The notes under the pieces: generated by a model
The model's input: the letters and a program-made list of their open reading frames with translations, nothing else
What the model was told of the DNA's origin: nothing
Databases searched by the model: none
In this document: positions 19,695 to 28,912 of the stretch, piece after piece
How the letters are laid out: each line of letters starts with the position of its first letter
Numbering within the stretch: the stretch's first letter is position 1
Translations under genes and position numbers: made by a program
Source of the DNA: Candidatus Zixiibacteriota bacterium
GTDB lineage: Bacteria > Zixibacteria > MSB-5A5 > GN15 > FEB-12
Assembly: GCA_024278515.1 (NCBI GenBank)
Contig: JAJRTA010000050.1
Coordinates: forward strand, 1-44,954
DNA length: 44,954 nucleotides
Direction of reading: 5' to 3'

Positions 19695-20780
19695 ATGAAA
19701 AAACCTGTTGTTATTTCGATTGTCGGCGCTCGTCCGCAGTTCGTCAAACTTGCCCCCCTGGCGCGCGCCTTAGCCGGACGTTTCCGGCATATTATCATAC
19801 ATACCGGCCAGCATTATGATGATAACATGTCGCAACTGTTCTTTCGGCAGTTGCGCCTCCCGAAGCCCGGTATCAACCTTGCTATCCGGGGCGGCACCCA
19901 CGGCGCAATGACCGGACGGATGTTGAGTGCTATCGAAAAGATACTTATGAAGAAGCGTTCCGATTTCGTGATCGTCTACGGTGACACCAACAGCACTCTG
20001 GCGGGCGCTCTGGCGGCCGCCAAGCTGTCGATACCGGTGGGGCATGTCGAGGCCGGGATGCGATCTTTTGTGGACGATATGCCCGAAGAAATCAACCGCC
20101 GCCTTACCGACCATGTTTCGCAACTGTTGTTTTGCCCTACCCGGGCATCGATGACCAACCTGAAAAAAGAAGGTATCCGGCAAACGCTGATCAATTCCGG
20201 CGACCTGATGTATGAGTTGCTGTACGATTCACACAGTAAAATTAAGTCTAACCTTACAACGTTGAAAAAGCATGATCTTTCGCCGGGGCGGTTCCTGCTT
20301 CTTACCGCTCATCGGGCCGCCAATGTGGATTCATCAGAAAACCTGAAGCAGTTGGTGGAGCTGATCGAATCGCTTACATGGCCGGTTCTGTTTCCGGTTC
20401 ATCCGCGTACACTGAACAGACTGAAACAACACCGGCTGATGTCCCGCCTGTGTAAAATCGACCACCTGGTTATCTCCGAACCGCTCGGGTATCTCGACAC
20501 CCTGAGCGCCGCCACGCATGCCGGGGCTGTTCTCACCGACTCGGGCGGACTGCAGAAAGAGGCGTTGTTTATGGGGACACCGGTCCTGACACTCCGCGAC
20601 GAAACCGAATGGGTGGAAACCGTGGGACGGGGTAACCGCCTGGTCGGTCTCGATACGGCAAAAGTACTCCGCGCACTCAAACGACTTCCACGCGTCCGCA
20701 AAGTTTCACCCATGGTTAACGGTCAACGTCCCTCGAGGATCATCACTTCGTCCATCAAAAGATTCCTGCGCGGGAGATAA
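19695..20780 (+). CDS. wecB: UDP-N-acetylglucosamine 2-epimerase (non-hydrolysing)
   Basis: 361-aa ORF. IVGARPQFVKLAPL, HVEAGMRSF and PEEINRRLTDH are hallmark epimerase_2 motifs. Confidence 0.9.
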   Translation: MKKPVVISIVGARPQFVKLAPLARALAGRFRHIIIHTGQHYDDNMSQLFFRQLRLPKPGINLAIRGGTHGAMTGRMLSAIEKILMKKRSDFVIVYGDTNSTLAGALAAAKLSIPVGHVEAGMRSFVDDMPEEINRRLTDHVSQLLFCPTRASMTNLKKEGIRQTLINSGDLMYELLYDSHSKIKSNLTTLKKHDLSPGRFLLLTAHRAANVDSSENLKQLVELIESLTWPVLFPVHPRTLNRLKQHRLMSRLCKIDHLVISEPLGYLDTLSAATHAGAVLTDSGGLQKEALFMGTPVLTLRDETEWVETVGRGNRLVGLDTAKVLRALKRLPRVRKVSPMVNGQRPSRIITSSIKRFLRGR

Positions 20781-20782
20781 CT

Positions 20783-22336
20783 ATGTCTCCCCGCCTGCGA
20801 ACATCGATCTACACGGTGGCGTCGGTTGTTTTCATATCGAAACTCCTCGGTTTCGTGCGTGGGATTGTGATCGCTCAAAACTTCGGCACCAGCGTGGAGT
20901 ACGATTTGTACCTGATCGGGGTGATGTTGCCGGCGCTGGCCTCGGGTGTGCTCGGATACGCCTGTTATTACCAGTTTGTCCCGTATTTTACACGAAAAGT
21001 TGAGGAAGCAGACTCCTCCGACTCACCGGAGTTCTGGTATTCAAGCTGGTCGGCCATAAACATCACGATTCTGACCGGCCTTTCGATTACGGTGGCTATC
21101 GTACTTGTCGCGGGTTATGCCATTAATCTCTGGGATACGGGCTGGACCGATTCCCAGTATGAAATGATTATTTTCTACTGCCGACTGACCGCCGCGACGG
21201 TGATCCTTTCCGTCACTGAGGCTATGATGCGAGCTTTGCTCAATGTCCGGAAAATATACACCTACCCCGCGTCCGGACTGAGCCTGTTCAATATCTTCGC
21301 CATCTCGGCAATCCTGTTGCTTCACGAACAGCTATCGGTGGGAGCGATCGCAGTCGGCCTGGTCGGCGGCATGATAGTTCAGAATCTATATTTACTGGTG
21401 CGATTGCTTCCTTCGCATCCGATTCGAAATTTCAAGGCAAGGATTCTCGACAAGGAATCTCCACTGTTCGTGACTGTCGCCTCGGCTTTGATTCTGATCG
21501 AGCTGATCAACCGGTCGTATTTTCTCATAGACAGGTATTTTGCTCCCCGGCTCGGCGAAGGTATCGTATCAGCTCTCAATTACGGACAAATCCTGACCCA
21601 GTTACCGGAATCGGTTGTCGGTTTCGCGATTGGTGCGGTTATTTTCCCGGTTCTCTCAAGCAAACAGGATGACGACAATATAGAATCATTCTCGGTTGCT
21701 TACCGTAAAGCGATAACCGCGGCGCTTCTTTTTGCCATCCCGCTGGCTGTGTTCGCCTACACCAACGCGGAGTCGCTTGTTCATATTATTTATCAGCGCG
21801 GCGCTTTTAATGAACGCTCGACCGAGATGACGGCATTGATCCTCCGTACACTTGTGCCCTCGGTGATCGGATTGCTGATAATATCGACATCGATTCGCGC
21901 CTGTTACGCGAGAAACTGGACCCGCCCGGTGCTCTGGTCGGCCACCCTGTTTTTATTCGTCAAACTTGTCGGCACCGCCCTGTTGCCGCAATGGTTCGGA
22001 TATGCCGGAATCTCGGCGGCGACTTCGGTGGCGCATGTCGGGTTCGGTGTCGGTTTGATGAGTTATATCATCACCAAATGGCCGTCCGGAGATCAACGGC
22101 AGTTCGTTGTCACTCTGGTTAAACTGATTCTCGGCGGCCTTTTTGTGTACCTGGCGGCTTATTTATTCAGACGATTCACCTGGCCCCTTGTGGAGCAGAG
22201 CTCTCATTTCTGGATGTATCTTGCTCTTTTCGGGTCGGCCCTGATCGTGTTCGGAACTTTCCTCGGACTGGTTTCAACCCTGGGATTTCAACGCTACCTG
22301 ACCGATCTGCTTCCCAGACGACATGGTTCGAAATGA
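20783..22336 (+). CDS. murJ: Lipid II flippase MurJ (MviN family, MOP superfamily)
   Basis: 517-aa polytopic ORF. The N-terminus (VASVVFISKLLGFVRGIVIAQNFGTS) and the later LNYGQILTQLPESVVGFAIGAVIFP are typical of MurJ. Confidence 0.85.
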   Translation: MSPRLRTSIYTVASVVFISKLLGFVRGIVIAQNFGTSVEYDLYLIGVMLPALASGVLGYACYYQFVPYFTRKVEEADSSDSPEFWYSSWSAINITILTGLSITVAIVLVAGYAINLWDTGWTDSQYEMIIFYCRLTAATVILSVTEAMMRALLNVRKIYTYPASGLSLFNIFAISAILLLHEQLSVGAIAVGLVGGMIVQNLYLLVRLLPSHPIRNFKARILDKESPLFVTVASALILIELINRSYFLIDRYFAPRLGEGIVSALNYGQILTQLPESVVGFAIGAVIFPVLSSKQDDDNIESFSVAYRKAITAALLFAIPLAVFAYTNAESLVHIIYQRGAFNERSTEMTALILRTLVPSVIGLLIISTSIRACYARNWTRPVLWSATLFLFVKLVGTALLPQWFGYAGISAATSVAHVGFGVGLMSYIITKWPSGDQRQFVVTLVKLILGGLFVYLAAYLFRRFTWPLVEQSSHFWMYLALFGSALIVFGTFLGLVSTLGFQRYLTDLLPRRHGSK

Positions 22337-22359
22337 TCAAACTGTAACTATAATGAATA

Positions 22360-23523
22360 ATGCTTGACTTGAATCCCCGACGGGTCAAGATTGACAATAA
22401 TATGGAACGATCGTACCGGTTCGATTTCAGAGACATCATCCGGGCGCCCGCCGGCGCCCTCTCGGCCAAAAAAATACTGGTAATGACGCTGGCCTTGTGT
22501 CTTGGCGTCGTTTGTTATGACCTGTTTACTTACCTGGCTCTGGCGATAGCGGGACACGGTCCCGGGTTTGTTTTCTCCACTCAGGGTTTTTTCCCGTTCC
22601 AGGTGTTCGACTTTACCAACGGCATCCAATGGGGGTTGTACGCCGCCGGCCTGTTTTTCGCGTTGCTTTCCGTCATGATGGGTTTCACCGCGGTAGCTGT
22701 TTTTGACATTGAAGAGGCTCGAGGTAACCGGTTCATGCACACCCGTCAGGCAATACGTTTCGCTGTCAGTCGACTTCCGCAACTGTTTCTTACCGAACTG
22801 GCGATAATCCTGTTCGTGGCATTCATAGTTTTTCTGTTCTTCCTGTTCGGACTCTTGACCCGGCTGCCGGTCCTGGGCGAATGGCTTTACGCCTTGTTTT
22901 TTGCCATACCGAACTTCATAATCGCTATTCTCACCGTCTTCATTATCGCGGTGTTTCAGGCCTCATGGATTCTCACTCCGGCGGTGCTGGCGGCTGACCG
23001 GATCGGTGAAACCTTCACAGCTATCCTTGAAACTTTCTCCACACTGATCCGCCAGCCGGTTAGATGGCTGGCCTATACTGCTTACACGATTGTCGCGGCT
23101 AAGCTGTGCAGTTTTGTCTATGCTTATTTCTGTTACCGTTCGGTGCAGTTTATCGGCTGGGCCGGCGGTCTCGGCGGTGGACGACAAACCAGCGACCTGA
23201 TCAGAAACGGTCTGGCCCATCTGCCGGTTTCATCGGATACCGTGCGTGAGACGTTCAATATCTTCCCGGGCATCGACTTCGGAATATCACTTGAACGCTG
23301 GTCCCGAGGCGGCGGTGAAGAAGCGGTCGGGTACCTGATGGCCCTGATGTTGTTTTTGATCTTTGCCTCTATAATCGGCTATTTCCTCGCCATCATCGCT
23401 TCCGGTCAGGCCCGTGCCTATATCGTCATACGCAAACTGAAAGACAACTACGATCTGACCGCCGAGTCTCCGCTGTTCTTCGAGGATGAACCGGTCAACG
23501 AACGGATTGAACCATCCGATTGA
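22360..23523 (+). CDS. Hypothetical polytopic inner-membrane protein (about 7 TM segments)
   Basis: 387-aa ORF, 23 nt downstream of murJ on the same strand. It has multiple long hydrophobic segments and no motif I can assign. The start may be at 22360 or at the ATG at 22402 (MERSYRF). Confidence 0.6.
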   Translation: MLDLNPRRVKIDNNMERSYRFDFRDIIRAPAGALSAKKILVMTLALCLGVVCYDLFTYLALAIAGHGPGFVFSTQGFFPFQVFDFTNGIQWGLYAAGLFFALLSVMMGFTAVAVFDIEEARGNRFMHTRQAIRFAVSRLPQLFLTELAIILFVAFIVFLFFLFGLLTRLPVLGEWLYALFFAIPNFIIAILTVFIIAVFQASWILTPAVLAADRIGETFTAILETFSTLIRQPVRWLAYTAYTIVAAKLCSFVYAYFCYRSVQFIGWAGGLGGGRQTSDLIRNGLAHLPVSSDTVRETFNIFPGIDFGISLERWSRGGGEEAVGYLMALMLFLIFASIIGYFLAIIASGQARAYIVIRKLKDNYDLTAESPLFFEDEPVNERIEPSD

Positions 23524-23569
23524 TTTAATCCTCGCTTGCTATCCTGACGACACTGCCTATCTTCCTACC

Positions 23570-24415
23570 ATGCAGATAATCCGCTCGATAAGAAAAATGC
23601 AGCAGGTTTCGCGCCGTCTGGCCGCTGACGGCCAGACCATCGGACTGGTCCCGACCATGGGTTTCCTGCACCGGGGTCATCTGTCATTGATCAAACGCGC
23701 CCAAAAGAACGCCGACTGTGTGATTACCACGATTTTCGTCAACCCGACCCAGTTCGCACCGCATGAAGATCTTGACAAATATCCTCGTGACGAAAAGGGA
23801 GATATCAGAAAGATAAGAGAAGCGAAAGGGGATATTGTTTTTATCCCGAAAGCCGACGAGATCTATCCGGATGATTTTCAGACCTATGTGACTGTTGAAA
23901 AGCTGACCGGGACTCTTGAAGGCAAGTCCCGTCCGACCCATTTTCGCGGTGTGACAACTGTAGTAGCCAAACTGTTTAACATCACCCGTCCCGATCTGGC
24001 TGTTTTCGGCATGAAGGATTTTCAGCAGGCCTGTGTATTGAAACAGATGACACGTGATCTCGGCTGGCCGATCAGGTTCATAATCGCGCCGACTGTCCGT
24101 GAGAAAGACGGCCTGGCGATGTCATCGCGTAATAAATATCTGTCCGGGGAAGCCCGAAAAGAAGCGCGCTGTCTTATCTATGCACTGCGCACCGCCAGAG
24201 AGATGGCGAATAGCGGCGTGACCGTGCCGAAGAAAATCATAACCGAGATGCGGGCGGTAATCAAAGCCACCTGTCCCTCTGCCAGGATCGATTACATCGC
24301 CCTGACCGATACGACCACCCTGAAACCGGTGTCGAAAGTTGTCAGGGGAACCGTCTGCTCGCTGGCCGTTCATGTTCACGGCGTCCGTCTGATAGACAAC
24401 ATGAAAATCGCCTGA
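23570..24415 (+). CDS. panC: Pantoate--beta-alanine ligase
   Basis: PTMGFLHRGHLSLI (HxGH) and the overall PanC pattern support the call. The ORF track starts at 23486, but the ATG at 23570 (MQIIRSIRKMQQ) gives the usual ~280 aa and removes the overlap with the upstream gene. Confidence 0.92.
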   Translation: MQIIRSIRKMQQVSRRLAADGQTIGLVPTMGFLHRGHLSLIKRAQKNADCVITTIFVNPTQFAPHEDLDKYPRDEKGDIRKIREAKGDIVFIPKADEIYPDDFQTYVTVEKLTGTLEGKSRPTHFRGVTTVVAKLFNITRPDLAVFGMKDFQQACVLKQMTRDLGWPIRFIIAPTVREKDGLAMSSRNKYLSGEARKEARCLIYALRTAREMANSGVTVPKKIITEMRAVIKATCPSARIDYIALTDTTTLKPVSKVVRGTVCSLAVHVHGVRLIDNMKIA

Positions 24416-24448
24416 CCTTCACCCGGCAATCCCCCCGGTTGCGACCGA

Positions 24449-24487
24449 CAAAAAAAACGACCGCTGAGTCGGACAAAACCCAGCGGT
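24449..24487 (-). terminator. Rho-independent terminator of the flagellin gene
   Basis: An 8-bp perfect stem (gaccgctg at 24458-65, cagcggtc at 24480-87) is followed on the minus strand by a run of 8 U (plus-strand A8 at 24449-24456). It lies 46 nt downstream of the flagellin stop. Confidence 0.7.
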
Positions 24488-24532
24488 CTTCCACAGGCTA
24501 TCCAATAGCCAGGGGAGAGGGGATTTTCCCTT

Positions 24533-25303
24533 TTACTTTTGTCCCAACAGGCTGAGCACCGAGTTCCCCTGTATATTGGTGTGCGACATAAGCGCCAGCG
24601 AAGCCTGGACTTTGATCATTTCGCCCACCATGTTGGCAACCTCGTAGGCGTAGTCGACATCACGATGCACCGATTCCGCTGCCTGCAGATTCTGCGCGGT
24701 AACCTCAAGAGAGGAACGACGCGACTCCAGCTCGTTTTTCTGAGTCGCCCCCAGATCAATCTGGACGGCATCGATCTCGGCGATAGCTTCGTCTATAACC
24801 TCTACCGATGCCGCGGCCGCTTCCGGCGTTGACAGATCGACACCGATCAATTCGCTTACCTCGGCCAGCGAGCCCTCGGAACCGTCGAACAATTTCGCCC
24901 CGTTGTAAACGGCGGTGTCGGCGGTACGGTTGTAGGTCGCCACGATGTAGCCGGCCGCCTGATCCAGCGCCGCCTGCGCGGTCTCATCGTTGAACCCTTC
25001 GTTGGCCGCACTGACCGCCAGGCTCCGCAACTCGGTAAGCTGGTCGCGCATCTCCATGACAGTCGAAGAAGCGGTCTCGTATTTGTTTATCAGGTGCGTC
25101 GTATTGTCAATCTCCTGATTCAACGACGCAATCTGTGCCCGGAACTGTTCCGAGATAACCAGCCCGGCCGGATCATCCGATGCGCGGTTGATCCTCTGCC
25201 CCGAAGCCAGCCGCTCCATGCTTCTGTACAGCTTTCCATAGCTGTCATTCAGTTTCAGGTTCACGCCCAATGCCGCCAGGCCTGAATTAAGGCTGAGGCT
25301 CAT
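24533..25303 (-). CDS. Flagellin-family protein (short form, D0/D1 only)
   Basis: 256-aa ORF. The N-terminal domain has LASGQRINRASDDPAGLVISEQFRAQIASLNQ, and the C-terminal domain has LGATQKNELESRRSSLEVTAQNLQAAESVHRDVDYAYEVANMV…VLSLL. It has a strong SD (AAAGGAGGACACCATG). FlgL (HAP3) cannot be fully excluded. Confidence 0.8.
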   Translation of the reverse strand: MSLSLNSGLAALGVNLKLNDSYGKLYRSMERLASGQRINRASDDPAGLVISEQFRAQIASLNQEIDNTTHLINKYETASSTVMEMRDQLTELRSLAVSAANEGFNDETAQAALDQAAGYIVATYNRTADTAVYNGAKLFDGSEGSLAEVSELIGVDLSTPEAAAASVEVIDEAIAEIDAVQIDLGATQKNELESRRSSLEVTAQNLQAAESVHRDVDYAYEVANMVGEMIKVQASLALMSHTNIQGNSVLSLLGQK

Positions 25304-25360
25304 GGTGTCCTCCTTTCAAAACAGCCTTGCATTGGCTGACCAGTATTCAAAACGGTATTA

Positions 25361-25376
25361 AGCAGTCTCCGTGCCA
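25361..25376 (-). promoter_or_regulatory. Sigma54 (-24/-12) promoter upstream of the flagellin gene
   Basis: The minus strand reads TGGCACGGAGACTGCT against the consensus TGGCACG-N4-TTGCW. GG and GC are at the correct spacing with one mismatch (T to C at -14). The predicted TSS is about 45-50 nt upstream of the ATG at 25303. Confidence 0.55.
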
Positions 25377-25518
25377 TACAGATATTTTTATTATTCGCTC
25401 AATTTTACACCCTTAAGCTTGCTCATATCGATTATTCCCGGACGATTTGATAAAAAAGTATCGGGATATTCCCATACCTTGTGGGGAGCACCGATCAAAT
25501 CAGACCGGTCTCAGAAGC

Positions 25519-25560
25519 AAAAAAAACAAGCGTCGCCGGATGGGTAAGTCCGACGACGCT
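25519..25560 (-). terminator. Rho-independent terminator ending the dcw/ftsZ transcript
   Basis: A 12-bp stem with one mismatch (agcgtcgccgga at 25529-40, tccgacgacgct at 25549-60) has an 8-nt loop and is followed on the minus strand by 8 U (plus-strand A8 at 25519-25526). It lies ~93 nt downstream of the ftsZ stop. Confidence 0.7.
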
Positions 25561-25652
25561 CAAGTGGAGGAACCAAGTATCACGCGGAGTTATCAGCCGA
25601 GGACAACTCCACCATGTTTTGAATTATCTGTTGTAGTCTGCTGGCCGGTCAG

Positions 25653-26945
25653 TCAGTTGCTTTCATCGATTCTCCTGATATAAGCCGGGATGGTCAGATC
25701 ATCCTCGGAAAACATCGGAACCCTGTTGCGAACAATACTTTTGCCGCCGTTGCCTCCCGACATGCGCGGATTTTCGCTGAACGCCGGGATCGGTTCGGAC
25801 TCACCGGTCAAAGCCGCACCCGGATTGACAGCGTTCGCGGCCGGGCGAGATTGCGGCAGGACCACGGAATTTTCCGGGAAAAGCGATATCGGCTTTCCGG
25901 GACTTTCGGGGCGAACCTCAGGTTTTGCTTTTTCCACAACAGTCTGTCGTGCTTCCCGGTCGCCGATACCGGTGGCGATCACTGTCACCCGCATCTGGTT
26001 TTCCATTTCAGGATCAATCACCGCGCCGAAGATTATATTGGCATCGCTGCCGGCTTCTTCATAGATCAAAGAGGTAGCCGTGTTGACATCGAACAACGTC
26101 ATATCCTGACCGCCGGTAACATTGATCAGAACACCTTTGGCGCCGCTGATTTCGATATCTTCAAGAAGCGGCGAGGAGATCGCCTGACGCGCCGCATCGG
26201 TGGCCTTTTCATCACCGGTGCCGAACCCGGTGCCCATGAGAGCGTTGCCCATTTCCGACATCACGGTACGGACATCGGCGAAGTCACAATTGATCAGGCC
26301 GGGGATGGTGATCAGATCGGATATTCCCTTGGTTGCCTGATGAAGAATCTCGTCGGCAATGGCGAAGGCTTCGGTCAGCTTGGTCCGTTTGTCGACAATC
26401 TGAAGCAGTCGTTCGTTGGGGATGGTGATCAGCGTATCCACTTTGGCTTTGAGTTCTTCGAGTCCCTGGTTGGCTCGCTGGATTCGCTTGTTCCCCTCGA
26501 AACGGAACGGCCGTGTCACAATAGCCACCGTGAGGGCGCCGGCCGCTTTGGCGATTTCGGCCAGCACCGGTGCGCCGCCGGTTCCGGTACCGCCACCCAT
26601 GCCGGCGGTGATGAACACCATGTTGGGATTGCCGATCGCTTCGGCCACCTCGCGACGACTTTCTTCCATGGCTCGCTGTCCGACCCCCGGTTCGGCTCCG
26701 GCTCCGAGACCTCCCGTTACCTCCTTGCCGATCTGGATCCTGGTGTCGGCCAGTGACTGATCCAGCACCTGCGCGTCGGTATTCACGCAGATGAACTCCA
26801 CACCGCGCAGACCGGACTCGATCATTCGATTGACGGCATTCCCGCCGCCGCCGCCGACACCCACAACCTTGATGTTGGCGTAGCCGATGAAGTCATCGGC
26901 AAAGTTGAACTTGTGTTTTTGCTCCATCATGATTCGTTCCTCCAT
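25653..26945 (-). CDS. ftsZ: Cell division protein FtsZ
   Basis: It has the tubulin signature [16 protein letters not shown], and a C-terminal peptide [11 protein letters not shown]. The ORF track starts at 26945, but the ATG at 26930 is preceded by GGAGGA at 7-nt spacing and is the more likely initiation site. Confidence 0.95.
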   Translation of the reverse strand: MEERIMMEQKHKFNFADDFIGYANIKVVGVGGGGGNAVNRMIESGLRGVEFICVNTDAQVLDQSLADTRIQIGKEVTGGLGAGAEPGVGQRAMEESRREVAEAIGNPNMVFITAGMGGGTGTGGAPVLAEIAKAAGALTVAIVTRPFRFEGNKRIQRANQGLEELKAKVDTLITIPNERLLQIVDKRTKLTEAFAIADEILHQATKGISDLITIPGLINCDFADVRTVMSEMGNALMGTGFGTGDEKATDAARQAISSPLLEDIEISGAKGVLINVTGGQDMTLFDVNTATSLIYEEAGSDANIIFGAVIDPEMENQMRVTVIATGIGDREARQTVVEKAKPEVRPESPGKPISLFPENSVVLPQSRPAANAVNPGAALTGESEPIPAFSENPRMSGGNGGKSIVRNRVPMFSEDDLTIPAYIRRIDESN

Positions 26946-26955
26946 GAACAGTTAT

Positions 26956-28176
26956 TCAAAAGCGTCTTGATAGCCAGTTTTCGAATCTCTTCAGCCAGCC
27001 TTTGCCGGCAGGACGGCTGTCGACCACCAGTTCTTCCTGAAAGCTGTGTATCAGCAAACCGTGCGCGGTATCGTACCGGCTGTCCTGAAGTTCATCCGCT
27101 GTATGTTCGATCTGAGTAACTTTTCCGATCCGTACCCTCGTGTCAAAAATCTGTTCGGACAACTGTACCATGCCGGTGAGAAGCGCTCCTCCACCGGTCA
27201 GCACCAGTCCGCCGGTCAGCATATCAGTCACAGCCGCTTTTTTAATCTCACGAAGAGTCAGAGAGAGAATCTCTTCCATGCGCGGCTCAATTATCGAAGC
27301 CAGCACATTGCACGAAATCTCCTTGGGCGTCTGCGCCGACGCCGAAGGGATACTGATCATCTCCTCCGGGTCCGCCATCGCCGCCATCGCGCAACCGTGT
27401 GATATTTTCAGCGTCTCGGCCTGATCGACCGAGCAGCGCAGACCGATGGCAATATCGTTGGTGACGTTCCTCCCGCCCAGCGGGATAACCGTGGTGTGCC
27501 TGATAGCGCCGTCGTAGACAACAGAAAAATTGGTGTGGTCACCGCCGATATCGAGCATGACAATACCCTGTTCCGTCTCTTCGTCGCTCAACAACGCATC
27601 CGAAAGAGCCAGCGATTCCAGCACCATGCGGTCGACATCGAGCTGACACCGCTCGAGCGCGCGATAGATATTGCGGGCGGTAGTGATCGAGGCCGTCACA
27701 ATATGCGCCTCGACTTCCAGCCGGACTCCCGAAAACCCCACGGGATCTTTTATTCCAGACTGGTCATCGACCGAGAAAGTCTGCGGAATTACATGGATAA
27801 TCTCGCGATCAACCGGAATCGCGACTGTTCGGGCGGCCTCGATAGCCCGTCGCACGTCGGCGCGGGTTACTTCATTGTCGGAACGCCCGACCGCGACAAC
27901 ACCATGACTGTTGATCGATCGAATGTGCTCACCGGCGATGCCGACCGTGATGCGATCGATCTCGGTGGCCGAGGTCATTTGAGCATCCTTCACCGCCCGC
28001 GTGATAGACTTGACCGTTTTTTCCATATCGACAACCACGCCGCGCCTCAATCCCTCAGCCGGTGCTTCACCGTGACCGATGACATAGATACGTCCTTCTT
28101 CGTCCGCTTCACCGACCAAAGCCACGATCCGGGTCGTACCGATATCCAGCGCCGCTCTGAGATTCTCAGACGCCAT
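26956..28176 (-). CDS. ftsA: Cell division protein FtsA
   Basis: Actin-like ATPase with LDIGTTRIVALVGE and DIGGDHTNFSV. The start is taken at the ATG at 28176 (MASENLRAALDIG), one nt downstream of the ftsQ stop. The 40-codon upstream extension in the ORF track overlaps ftsQ and is rejected. Confidence 0.92.
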   Translation of the reverse strand: MASENLRAALDIGTTRIVALVGEADEEGRIYVIGHGEAPAEGLRRGVVVDMEKTVKSITRAVKDAQMTSATEIDRITVGIAGEHIRSINSHGVVAVGRSDNEVTRADVRRAIEAARTVAIPVDREIIHVIPQTFSVDDQSGIKDPVGFSGVRLEVEAHIVTASITTARNIYRALERCQLDVDRMVLESLALSDALLSDEETEQGIVMLDIGGDHTNFSVVYDGAIRHTTVIPLGGRNVTNDIAIGLRCSVDQAETLKISHGCAMAAMADPEEMISIPSASAQTPKEISCNVLASIIEPRMEEILSLTLREIKKAAVTDMLTGGLVLTGGGALLTGMVQLSEQIFDTRVRIGKVTQIEHTADELQDSRYDTAHGLLIHSFQEELVVDSRPAGKGWLKRFENWLSRRF

Positions 28177-28177
28177 A

Positions 28178-28912
28178 TCAGCCTTTCCCCCGCTCGCAGA
28201 TGATGAGATCCTCGTAACGCAGATCCACCTGCCGCACCTCAGACAGGTCGACATCGAATCGAGTAATGAATCGGGCGAACCTGTCCATATCGTCAAGCAT
28301 GGACCCGGCGCTTATTATCAACCGATAGGGCAATCCGGCAATCGAAACTTTGAGCCCGTATTTATCCGAAAAATCGATCTCTTCAATCAAACGAAAGAGG
28401 TCGGGAAGTTCTCTGCGAAGTTTCAACAACTGACGAACCACAATCTCAACTCGTGAATCCGGGCACCGCTTGAAAACCCGACCGACAGTAACACCGACCA
28501 GAACAGGCAGCTCCCAGTTTTCCACCGGCATTGAAAGGGGGACCACCCGCCCGATATTATCAACTCCGAACATCTCGCCTGATTTTTTATCCACCAAAAA
28601 ACAGCCGGGCCGGAACCGGTTGGTTTCAACTTCGATTCGATGCGGCGGCGACCATGAGATATCCACCCGGTAAACATCATCCTTACCGAGCAACTGCTCG
28701 GCTAATCGATCCAAAGGCTGGATAGGCCCGCGGTCTGCATCGAGCATGGCAAATCTGGACGGCCAGTTTTCAACCGGGGTGGCGTCGATGGTAATTTCCT
28801 CGAGACGGCACGCATCGGTGTAGTTCACGACGACAACCAGCGCGATACCGGCAACGGTCGCGGCGGTGAGGATTATCTTTACTTTGTTTGACAATCTCGG
28901 CATCCGTATCAT
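28178..28912 (-). CDS. ftsQ: Cell division protein FtsQ/DivIB (POTRA domain)
   Basis: 244-aa ORF with a single N-terminal TM (IILTAATVAGIALVVVV) followed by a POTRA-like region. Its position between murC and ftsA matches the conserved dcw order. Confidence 0.75.
   Translation of the reverse strand: MIRMPRLSNKVKIILTAATVAGIALVVVVNYTDACRLEEITIDATPVENWPSRFAMLDADRGPIQPLDRLAEQLLGKDDVYRVDISWSPPHRIEVETNRFRPGCFLVDKKSGEMFGVDNIGRVVPLSMPVENWELPVLVGVTVGRVFKRCPDSRVEIVVRQLLKLRRELPDLFRLIEEIDFSDKYGLKVSIAGLPYRLIISAGSMLDDMDRFARFITRFDVDLSEVRQVDLRYEDLIICERGKG

Noticed and set aside
25404-25470. Sigma28-like -10 elements (CCCGATAC and ATCGATAT on the minus strand) upstream of the flagellin gene
   Set aside because: Neither has a TAAA-type -35 at the required ~15-nt spacing. 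The sigma54 element at 25361-25376 is a far better match, so sigma28 control is not claimed.
25447-25683. 78-aa plus-strand ORF in the ftsZ-flagellin intergenic region
   Set aside because: It spans the ftsZ terminator hairpin and runs into the ftsZ 3' end antisense. It has no SD and a low-complexity basic translation.
25851-26756. 301-aa plus-strand ORF antisense to ftsZ
   Set aside because: It is a shadow ORF within ftsZ, with a Gly/Arg/His-rich translation.
28177-28296. 40-codon N-terminal extension of the ftsA ORF
   Set aside because: It overlaps ftsQ. The canonical FtsA start (MASENLRAALDIGTT) begins one nt after the ftsQ stop.
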